A stretch of 63,325 nt of DNA, the filler included, from Syncephalis fuscata S228 (Eukaryota; Fungi; Zoopagomycota), in the NCBI GenBank assembly GCA_025786725.1. It is 5 parts of 5 records of this genome, joined end to end, with 100 filler letters (N's around TTAATTAATTAA, not from the genome) between each part and the next. Parts side by side here need not be neighbours in the genome. Positions count along the whole stretch, not along the records: positions 1 to 21,059 come from JAHLTZ010000155.1; 4 more parts are not named here. One strand, 5' to 3'. The notes beneath the pieces are model-generated. The model searched no databases, was not told the origin of the DNA, and saw only the letters and a program-made list of their open reading frames with translations. Each line of letters begins with the position of its first letter. Position 1 is the first letter of the stretch. A program made the position numbers and the translations under genes. This document shows positions 1 through 10,301 of this stretch, one piece after another.

Positions 1-2925
1 TTGCATTTGTCGTCAGCTGAACAATGTCTTGCGTCAATCTCTATCGGAAAAAGTCCTGTGCTATTGTCAGATGACGACTAAGTGCATAGGTAGCAATAGA
101 TAGAGATAGATAGATAGAGAAGAAGAGGATTGCTGTGTATATGTTTATTGCCGAATAGTAGTAATAATTACGTGCAACTTTATTTATAAATTGTTACGCG
201 CATGCCACAAAAATGCAGCAATGTTGATTGTTTTTTTATAGAATAACAGTGCCTTTGCAAGTAACAGATTCCACAGTCAGCTATTTACATTTAGCGTTGC
301 TTTATCCACGTGGCCATAATTCTTGGCGCCTGGAAATGCGGAGGCAGCATGGCAAATGCCATTTGCAGCTTTTCGAGAGAGCCAAAGGCAGCCCCTAGCA
401 AACCGAATCTCTGTTAGTTATAGTTACAAGTCTTATTACCTTGAAGCGTTTACAATTAAACCGACTAAAAAAGAACAGCACGTTGGTTTTGCAGCTAAAT
501 AGGCCTCGTGCTTTGTCAGTGATAAACAACACCGATACCAGCGGCAGCAGCAGCAGCAATAGTAGTAATAATAGTAATAGTAGTAGCAACGTGACTAGTG
601 ATACGCCGACCAAGTTTTGAGATGTTTCTAAATAGTGTAAAAACGTGCAGTGAGCATATGTACCATTATCGGTATTAATATCTAATAATCTCCTCTTCAT
701 TTTAAATAAAAGGCAATATTTTGACAATAGACATAATTTCAAACATCTATCCTCTTGCCTTACATCCTGTTACTCTATCCTACTGTATTACGCTACATCG
801 CTTTGCTTGTGTTTTGTCTAGCCATCAGTTTTATTTTAAACAAACTGCCATTTAGAAACCGGTCTTTTCTATCCACCAACATTTTAAAAAATGGATATAC
901 AAATGATCGACTCGGTAGAACATTTAGGTAAAATTATAATATATTACCGTGTAAAATATTAACTGATTACCGATTTACAGAAGATAGCAGCTGTATCCAA
1001 CTTTGTGAATATATTAATACTTTGGAAATACCTGATATCGACAACATAATTACCGAACAAGAAAGTGCTAGTCAATTTTTTGTTCCAACTAATAATGGCA
1101 CTTAGCTGGTATTCTTTTGCCCGCCAATATGTACCGTTGCCAATTTCATGAATACATATTTATATGGGCAATCAATCGCATCGTCTATATAAACCAAATA
1201 AGCATATGTCGCCATCCATAGAACTATTACTCAATCCGATGTTATGATATTCATATATAGATAGTTTACCTTTTTTGTCTAATCCGGTGTTGCGCACCAT
1301 ATTTTATAGATACTGCAATAAATAGAATTAATTCGTTATTACCAAATATAGTAATGCAAATTACTTGATTCTCACACTCAGGGACTATAATGGATGTTTT
1401 TGCCATTTGCACAAAAGTAGATATTTACCTGATTACTTGTTTAACAAAGAATAAGTCATTTTACCACCATTTCTTACGTATACTACATATGTCAATAAGT
1501 ATACTTTACTTTCGTTGTAGTGCTATAATTTACTACACTAACTCTGTGAATATACAACACTTTTAAAATACTTGATGTCGACAGCATGGCTCCCGAGGAA
1601 GAAACTACTAGTCAATCTTTATTTTAACTAATAATGGTACTTAACTGTTACTATTTTGCTCATTACTACGTATTGTTACAGAATTTATGAATACGTGCTC
1701 ATATGGTCAATCGATACATTGTCTATATTAATAGCAGGGGCGCATGTCGCCATTCTTGAAACTATCACACAATCTGCTGTCATGATACCATATATAAATA
1801 ACTTACGACAATAAATAGAATCGCTTATACATAAAACTGGATTTCGGATTAATCTAGCCCCTATTAAGCCCATTCTCAGCGCACAATTTTATAACAATGC
1901 ATTATGTATCATACAATGTGTTGCATGTCATGTATTATCCAGTAGAATTGGGCAACGACGTAACAATCCAGCTTCATGCAGTAAAACAAAGAGGTCTAGA
2001 CGGCACCACATGGTTCGACATTGGCCGCATTTGAGTTTTTTATTCGTAGACACAGTAAAAAAAAGGAAGAAACAAAACTACCAATAAGCAATAGGAGTAT
2101 CGGTGCTAACGACAATGCCACGTTACGAGCCTTTTGTTTCCTTGAATAGTTCGCCTATAGCTGCCATTGCTATACTTGGAATAAAAAACATTTAGCTATT
2201 ATCCTATTAAACACAGTTTAGCACGTTTTCCAACTACTCTATTGATAATTTGATGAGTAATTGTTGGATATTGAAATCCAGGGGACAGTTTAAAAACAAT
2301 CGTTGCTAGTTCTAGAGCACCTTCAAACAACAACTTAATTAAGCCGCATTAGCTGAGGCGACTTGGTATAAACACATAGGCGAATTTAAAACAATCAAGC
2401 TTGCTGTGATTGGTTACATGCATAGCGGTGAAGCCTAGAAGAATGGCAGACGTTAGAATACTACGTTTACTAGCCATCACTGTAAGGATGTAGCAGAAAG
2501 GCGACGTTTCACGCCCTGCTTTTAGGTCACACGAAAAGTCGTGAACACAATGTATTGCCTATTGTCTTGCGAAGCAGTATGAAGACAATAATGACTTTCT
2601 TTGTATGACCCGATTTGATACCCCTTGTCCTATTTTCTGCATGCTAGAGTAGAGCTGTACAATGAAGATTGCGGATTGTTTTTTACGAAAACACCATAGG
2701 CAAGCCATGCACCGCACGTTATTGTTTAGACAGATGTAATATATAAATGGCGGCCAGTTCTCACCTGAAGTATTGTTCGATATCACATCTTCTACATTTC
2801 TACAGTAAGACTCACATTTGCGAGCACACGCTGGTCCGTCATATTCAATTACAAATCACTTTAACTACGTATCGGATTTAATCGATTTCTTGAATTTACA
2901 GTTTGAATTATTATCATCCTTCAAA

Positions 2926-4791
2926 ATGAGATCCGCCGCAATTTACCTTTTAATGGCTGCCATTGTTGCCTCATGGAGCGTAGAGGCAATGCCAAGCTAT
3001 AGCAGCTCTAATGATGCTCCTAAATCATCCTATGGCACCGTCTCACCTCCAACCAATGGTGGCGGCTATGGTACGCCATCTACTGGTACTCCATCTACTG
3101 GTACTCCAAATGGTGGAAACAAGACACCAAGTACTCCATCAACTAGCGGTGGTTATGATACGCCATCTACTGGTACTCCATCAACCGGTACGCCATCCAC
3201 TGGTACGCCATCCACTGGTACTCCAAATGGTGGAAACAAGACACCAAGTACTCCATCAACTAGCGGTGGTTATGGTACGCCATCTACTGGTACTCCATCA
3301 ACCGGTACGCCATCCACTGGTACTCCATCTACCGGTACGCCATCCACTGGTACGCCATCCACTGGTACTCCAAATGGTGGAAACAAGACACCAAGTACTC
3401 CATCAACTAATGGCGGCTATGGTACGCCATCCACCGGTATGCCATCTACTGGTACTCCATCAACTGGTACGCCATCCACTGGTACTCCAAATGGTGGAAA
3501 CAAGACACCAAGTACTCCATCAACTAGTGGCGGCTATGGTACGCCATCTACTGGTACTCCATCAACCGGTACGCCATCCACTGGTACGCCATCCACTGGT
3601 ACTCCAAATGGCGGAAACAAGACACCAAGTACTCCATCAACTAGTGGCGGCTATGGTACGCCATCCACCGGTACGCCATCTACTGGTACTCCATCAACCG
3701 GTACGCCATCTACTGGTACTCCTAACGGTGGCAGCTCCACCCCAAGCACTCCATCGACTGATGGTGGCTATGGTACGCCATCCACTGGTACGCCATCAAC
3801 CGGTACGCCATCCACTGGTACTCCTAACGGTGGCAGCTCCACCCCAAGCACTCCATCAACTGGCACTCCATCAACCGGTACGCCATCGACTGGCACTCCA
3901 TCGACTGATGGCGGTTATGACACTCCCTCAACTGGCATTCCTAACGGTGGCAGCTCCACCCCAAGTACTCCATCAACTGGTACTCCTAACGTTCCTCACC
4001 GCCCACGCAAGTGCCGCCCACGCAAGCACCACGGCAAGACCGGTGGCAACCCACCAATTACCACTGTGCCAATTGTGCCAACTGTGCCATCCACTGGCAC
4101 TCCTAACGGCGGTAGCTCCACCCCATCGACTGATGGTGGCTATGGCACGCCATCCACTGGTACGCCATCAACTGGCACTCCATCCACTGGCACTCCATCA
4201 ACTGGCACTCCATCAACTGGCACTCCATCAACTGGTACTCCATCGACTGGTACTCCATCAACTGGCACTCCATCGACTAGCACTCCATCGACTGATGGCG
4301 GTTATGGCACTCCCTCAACTGGCATTCCCAACGGTGGCAACTCCACCCCAAGTACTCCATCAACTGGCACTCCATCAACTGGCACTCCATCAACTGGCAC
4401 TCCATCAACTGGCACTCCATCGACTGGTACTCCATCAACTGGCACTCCATCAACTGGCACTCCATCAACTGGTACTCCATCGACTGGTACTCCATCAACT
4501 GGCACTCCATCGACTGGCACTCCATCAACTGGCACTCCATCGACTGGTACTCCAAATGGTGGTAGCTACGGAAGCACTCCATCAACTGGTACTCCAAATG
4601 GTGGCAAACAGAAGGTTCCAACTACCTCTACCACCACTTCAGTTACCTCTACCAGCATTCCATCCACCACAAGCGGTGCTAGCAAAACTCCATGCTCATC
4701 CTCTGGCAAGTCAAACAGCACACCTGCTACTTTCTCCTCTGCCCAACCACCTAAGCCTTCAGCTACAAGCTACGGCACCAGCCATTATTAG
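2926..4791 (+). CDS. Secreted Thr/Gly/Pro/Ser-rich tandem-repeat protein (TGTPS pentapeptide and GGY[G/D]TP units), ~621 aa; mucin-, adhesin- or resilin-like
   Basis: ATG at 2926 in an AAAATG context, then a signal peptide (MRSAAIYLLMAAIVASWSVEA). The ORF is uninterrupted and built from 15-nt repeats. A TATA-like element lies at ~2740 and a candidate 5'UTR intron (GTAAGA...TACAG) at 2805-2901. Confidence 0.85.
   Translation: MRSAAIYLLMAAIVASWSVEAMPSYSSSNDAPKSSYGTVSPPTNGGGYGTPSTGTPSTGTPNGGNKTPSTPSTSGGYDTPSTGTPSTGTPSTGTPSTGTPNGGNKTPSTPSTSGGYGTPSTGTPSTGTPSTGTPSTGTPSTGTPSTGTPNGGNKTPSTPSTNGGYGTPSTGMPSTGTPSTGTPSTGTPNGGNKTPSTPSTSGGYGTPSTGTPSTGTPSTGTPSTGTPNGGNKTPSTPSTSGGYGTPSTGTPSTGTPSTGTPSTGTPNGGSSTPSTPSTDGGYGTPSTGTPSTGTPSTGTPNGGSSTPSTPSTGTPSTGTPSTGTPSTDGGYDTPSTGIPNGGSSTPSTPSTGTPNVPHRPRKCRPRKHHGKTGGNPPITTVPIVPTVPSTGTPNGGSSTPSTDGGYGTPSTGTPSTGTPSTGTPSTGTPSTGTPSTGTPSTGTPSTGTPSTSTPSTDGGYGTPSTGIPNGGNSTPSTPSTGTPSTGTPSTGTPSTGTPSTGTPSTGTPSTGTPSTGTPSTGTPSTGTPSTGTPSTGTPSTGTPNGGSYGSTPSTGTPNGGKQKVPTTSTTTSVTSTSIPSTTSGASKTPCSSSGKSNSTPATFSSAQPPKPSATSYGTSHY
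3058..4605 (+). repeat. Coding minisatellite: 15-nt unit (ACTGGT/CACT/GCCATCN) with higher-order blocks
   Basis: Directly visible tandem units encoding TGTPS, separated by NGGNK/NGGSS-TPSTPST-xGGYG spacers. Confidence 0.95.
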
Positions 4792-5910
4792 TTGATCTAA
4801 TTTACTTACACTCAATGTTAACTATTAAATAAATATGCTAATATTTAAAATATTTATTATGCGCAATTGAACTTGTTTATTAACAAATATAAATTTGATA
4901 AAGCTACTACGGCAACTAGAATAACGTAAATGGCTCAATATTTCATGTTATTGCGTAGTTATTTAAAATTAAATAAAGCACAATTTAAAATACTTAAATT
5001 ATAGTTATTTTCATATAAATAAACAATAATACTTTAAATAAATATAATTTAGTCATATTATAAGTTTTTGACCATGAGAACTAAATAATAGGTATTATTG
5101 TATTTAATGGTAACACATTTAAATACAACATTTGATCTTCACAATAAAATGGAATGCACATAACATGTGTTGGCAAACACATGTAGCACTATAAACTATA
5201 AATTGCGTATATTTGCGTACAAATATTGAATAACTATAAATAAACTGACCCCAGTCTCCTTGTATCAATTTGAAACACTCGACGTCAAAACTTTGCAGTT
5301 ACTCTGAAAGTGTTTGTAAAAATTAAATTACTTGGCTTTTGTATTACTCATCTATCGGTGTATATTGTTACAATAAATAATTATGTTTAATATTGATTCA
5401 GCTTTTATTAAACATGCATTTAAATTCACATATTAAGTTGGCAGTTATTTGACGGTTTATCATTTAACAAAAATATATCCGTTATATTTTAATACTTGAT
5501 ACAATATAAAGCATCATTCAATACAAACAGGCTGTTTCACTTTTGTTAGTATGGTATTGGTACATTGACCGCATTCGACAACAAACATCATTTCAAAAAT
5601 GAAACCATCAATCATTATAGAAACAGTAAACGTAACACCGGCAAATGCATCAAACCGTGTATCAAATGTGCTACGTATTTCCATAAAATCAATGTCAGCG
5701 CAATCAATATAAATACGCGATACAATTGAATTCAAAAGTAATACTTATCATCATCATCATCAACAACAACTTCTCCACTCTTCTACGCTTCAACAAGACA
5801 AGGCTGTGCCTTAGATCTACGTACACCTACAACGACAAACTCGACGTTTTCTTTTCAACTCAACACTTTCAACTTATAGATAGGCTGGTTTCCTACTCAA
5901 CATTACAAAA

Positions 5911-6558
5911 ATGACTCGCTTCACAACTGTTCTTGGTATGACTGTGTGCGCTGCTGTGCTCCTTGCTGTTTCTACAATCTCTAACGTATCAGCTCATGGC
6001 TACATGAATTACCCAACGCCTCGTGGTATTCAAAAGTTGTCAACTATGGTTGATGATGTCAAGAATCCAAATACTAAGGGCAAGTGCCGTGGTGAGCCTG
6101 CTGGCCAAGTTACCAACATATCTGGATCCTCCGTGACTCTGCAATTTACAATCACCGCTCCACACATCGGCCCATGCTCAGTCTATCTGCTTGATGAAAA
6201 CCTGGGTAACGAACAAAAGATTGCCGACAAGAATGACTGTGCCGCCCCTGGTAAAGTCGGACCATGGACTGTCAATCTTCCAGCAGGTGTATCTGGCCGC
6301 AAGGTTATTCGCTGGCACTGGAAGGCTTCTCACCTTGCTCCTCAAATTGAAAACTACGAGCAATGTGCCGACATTATGATCGGTGGTGGCGGTGGTAGCT
6401 CCGGCAAGTCATCTGCCCCATCTGCAAATTCAGGCTCTTCTTCCGGTAGATCTAGAAAGCGTCCTAGCGCTCCTTCAAAAGGATCATCTGGACCCCCACC
6501 TAGCAAGAAGCAGAAGACTGTCCCGAAGAATTCCGGCGGTAAAAAGTCCAGGAAATAA
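5911..6558 (+). CDS. Secreted lytic polysaccharide monooxygenase-like (His-brace copper) protein with Gly/Ser linker and polybasic tail
   Basis: A 28-aa signal peptide ending VSA is followed by His1 (HGYMNYPTPR). The second His is in APHIGPC, and the C-terminal strands read VIRWHWKASH...ENYEQCADI with an E-x-Y axial Tyr motif. The domain has four Cys. Confidence 0.8.
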   Translation: MTRFTTVLGMTVCAAVLLAVSTISNVSAHGYMNYPTPRGIQKLSTMVDDVKNPNTKGKCRGEPAGQVTNISGSSVTLQFTITAPHIGPCSVYLLDENLGNEQKIADKNDCAAPGKVGPWTVNLPAGVSGRKVIRWHWKASHLAPQIENYEQCADIMIGGGGGSSGKSSAPSANSGSSSGRSRKRPSAPSKGSSGPPPSKKQKTVPKNSGGKKSRK

Positions 6559-8167
6559 AGTAGCAGATAGTGCACTGTTCCTGTACTAGATACAATCCAG
6601 TAGATATAACGACTCAGCAACGATCAATTGTAGGATACGCAGTAATGTTTTATGCAAATAAATTAACACATACGCCATTTCAAAACCATATATTGTGACC
6701 ATTTAAATGAGATAATTAACAAAAGTGTGTATTTTTATTGATACCGAATAAAGCTATTGTTTTATAACGATATAGCTAATGCTAAAGCTTGAATGTTTGT
6801 ATTAAACGTCATTAATAAAGTCTATCAATTTATGTAGCTATGTATATTTTCACAGCTAACAAATATTTTCTAAGCATGTCTTCGTAATAGTTGTTTGTTC
6901 GCATGCAATCTCAACATAACATTTAATTACATGGCGTATTTTTTAATTATATTATCATAATAACATTGTCATAGCATCAAGATTGTAACAATGTTTAATC
7001 AATGGTTTATCATTGCGTGTTGTTTTGTTATTATACATGCACTGAAGCTAGATTTAATACCAACTGTTGATGTATTTATTGGCAATAATATATTAACAAT
7101 AATATTAATTAGCATTAGCAACATATGGACATGCATTATAATATCAATACTATTCGATATGTAATGAGTATTGATGTGTATTTAATCGTAACCAACAACA
7201 ACGATATTACTATATATCGTGCGATTACTGCAGCATTATTAATTGTTAATATCATATGTACATTAACGCGCAACTCAACAGCTGTATGATGCTTAGCTAT
7301 ATGATTGCTAATAGTGTATCTAATATATACATCTCACTGATGTATATTACTATTGGTTGCCACTTGTCAATTGAATATTATCATCAAAGCTGCAATTATA
7401 ATAAGCAGCAGTTGTAAATATATCTACTAATGAACATCATCATTGCCGCTGCTTTCGTGTATTATTGGATGAGTATACATATATGTATCAATTGCTTAGC
7501 ATGATGTTTGTACCATAATGCTGCTTTCCATCATGATATTCTGTTTATTTTATTATAAATATTATAAATACGGCCATTTTTAATAAATGTTTTATTATTT
7601 AGCATATTTTAGATAGATAACTTTGTTATAGCAAGCATACCAGTAGAGTCTTCAGTAGCTTTGGCATACCATTCATTTACTGAAGCATATTACAATTCGT
7701 TATATTATGTGTAGATGCATCCATATTAGTCACTTTAGTAATAGGAGTAATTTATTAATTGTTTTATTTACTTGAAGACCATTACACTAGTATTAAACTG
7801 TTTATTAACAATTTAATATTATTTGGAAGGCGCGTGACTACATTTAATAATATTCAATTTATTGAAAATAAAACTGAATGATAATTAATTAGTGTTCAAA
7901 ATAACCATTATTCTGTACTCATATACTTTCATTAAAAGCAATAACAAACATTTATTTTATGTACTACATATTTTAAATGTTCATAAATTTCGTTTTTAAT
8001 TACGTCAACTAATTATATAGCTATTTTCTTTAGCAACTAGCTATTTATCAAATAATTCAAGGCTCATTTATTATTTACGAACAACCCATCATAACTTTAT
8101 GCAACTCAATATGCATCGTATTTATAAATCAAATAATAGTAATATCCCTTCATTAATAGTCACGTAA

Positions 8168-9613
8168 ATGTGTACCATTTTATTGAAAATAGTCCAATGT
8201 AGCCCACAATCTTACAAGACCTTTTATGGAACGTATCGCTTTGTTGTGGTTGATGTTATTATGGATACATATCATGATATAAAACCAGTAGAGATTGGCG
8301 GACCAATAAGTAAGCAGCACTTGCCAATGCCAATGCTTGTATCAGCCATCTATTAATGCCATTGAAAATAGCAAATGTAGCCGAGATGGAAGCACAGTGC
8401 ATTAGAGAAAATGAATATAAAGTTTTTAATGAGTCAAATGAATACTCTACTAACTCCTCCATCACCACATCTTCCATTGAACAAAAAGCTACTATGAGAT
8501 GTGCCTTCTTAGTATGACCCGTTGCCGGCAATTTACCACCCAGCGTTATTTATTTTCAATCTAGAGATAGTGATTGAAAAAGCTTAGATGGACTTTGTTC
8601 ACCTGCCATTTCTAATGATTAGATGTCTATAATGGCTAAATATAAAACTATTCATGCTATAAATTTTATTTATTTAATTTAGATATAAGCCAATGGATAG
8701 AAGGACCAAAGTATTACGATAATTTTTTAACTGCTTTTATCCGGTTTACTTCTTACTACCAATGCCAATTTTTAACGTGGATAATAATAGCCTATTCTGA
8801 AAAATACAACGTTTATTGTACAGTCACTACTGCTCTAAACCCGCAGGTTGTTAAAAGTAGCAATGAAGTAAAGCATCTTTAATGGAAAGTATTTAATGCC
8901 CAAAAAAGCTAATCTTAGAGAATTTTATTTGGCGGAATTACAGTTCCATATTGTCCGGATGCTGTAATCGAGGTATTGATTTATACGGAAAAGATGTGTT
9001 TAGTTATTGTATATGATACAAACACTCGTTCAGAACGCATTCACGACGGAACATTTAGCACCACATTGTCACCATTTGCACTAGGAAAGTTTTTATAGAA
9101 TGATTTAGCACAATCAATATTCGACGCTAGATATTATGCTCAATTGCTACCAATCGACAGCGCCAATCAAGGATGTCTATTGTAAAACCGCAATATAAGC
9201 AGCGATCATGTTACAAACTTATACGGCGATAAATTGATTATCGTTATAAACTATGATTCAGTTGATACATTAGATGCTCGAGATGGAAATTTACTGCGTT
9301 CAATTGTTTGTCCATCCTACTTTCGACTCACTTTTTTATTGGATCATTATGCGGATTGTTTAGCTTGGAACACACAAAAAATTAATTTGTTGATATGCGC
9401 ACTGGCCGTGTATACAACCCATCAACACGTCTTACCAACAGACAAACTAAAAACGACAAAGAAAATAAGCCATTAAGCCCCACTGACACAGCACATTTAC
9501 TACGATTAAACGAAAATGAAGATGGGAAATTCTTGGAATATAGTTTATTGAATGTTGTTATTGGTAAAATTAATGAGAATGGTGCTCGTGCATACGAAAC
9601 ATTTACGTTCTAA
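8168..9613 (+). pseudogene. Degenerate copy of the F-box-like family gene at 52287-54521 (5'-truncated, with stops and frameshifts)
   Basis: Collinear motif matches to the intact gene: FYLFNLDISQWIEGP (~8664) vs YNIYDMQRRQWVKGP; DTLDARDGNLLRSIVCPSY vs DVLDATNGDLLRQIPCEAY; DMRTGRVYNP vs DMSTGNIHRP. Several in-frame stops are present. Confidence 0.7.
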
Positions 9614-9906
9614 AAAATAAACATTGAAAATACACAATATCACCAATACCACATGGTTAAACGTTTTCAAAATAATAACTGTTAAGGTATTGGTGAACAT
9701 TGATATAATCTGGAAATGTAATGTGTAAGAAGATATATATATATGAACATAGGAATTAATGTTTTATCAACGCTGCTTATTGGTAGCCAGTGGTTACCCA
9801 ACTACTAATACTATTTAATCGATGATTTAATAAAATAAGATAATAGCACACTTGATTCCGTTACATGAATACTACTAGAATACGTTTTTTACTTTACAAA
9901 TCACTC

Positions 9907-10179
9907 ATGCATTCTCGACAACAAGCCATTGCGCTGTATCGTGCCGCCTTACGTACTTGCGATACATTTCCCATACCGTCTCTACGCAGTAAATTAAAAT
10001 ACAATGTTCGCGATTTATTTGATTTATATCGCCATGAAACAGAACCTAAGCGAATTACTACACTAATAGAAAATGGCCAAGCAGACTTGCGCGTTTTAAC
10101 CGATTTTAATCGTATAGATAAACCCACGTTAGAATGCTTATTTAAAAAGCGCGAAGTTGTCCTACAAACCAGCAAATAG
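9907..10179 (+). CDS. Complex 1 LYR-motif mitochondrial protein
   Basis: MHSRQQAIALYRAALR...VRDLF...HETEPKRITTLIENG matches the LYR family pattern; ~90 aa. Confidence 0.85.
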   Translation: MHSRQQAIALYRAALRTCDTFPIPSLRSKLKYNVRDLFDLYRHETEPKRITTLIENGQADLRVLTDFNRIDKPTLECLFKKREVVLQTSK

Positions 10180-10301
10180 CTATATTCAGCTGCTGTTTGT
10201 TTCTTTGTAATCATTAGTTCAACCATCGTTTGTATAGCGTATTTTTACATAAATAAATACTTCTATTAATAGTTTAATAATAAAACTGTCGCATAAATGA
10301 T

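Noticed and set aside
395-742. Poly-Leu ORF on the minus strand
   Set aside because: It is produced by CAG/TAG/TAA trinucleotide microsatellites and has no ATG start or other coding support.
3058-4605. CRISPR-like appearance of the regular repeats
   Set aside because: There are no unique spacers or cas genes; this is a eukaryotic coding minisatellite.
3011-4795. 594-aa overlapping ORF (LHQLA/VRHPL repeats) and antisense ORFs at 4277-4621
   Set aside because: These are shadow frames of a 15-nt repeat that lacks stops in those frames. Only the TGTPS frame has a signal peptide, and its variation is mostly at synonymous third positions.
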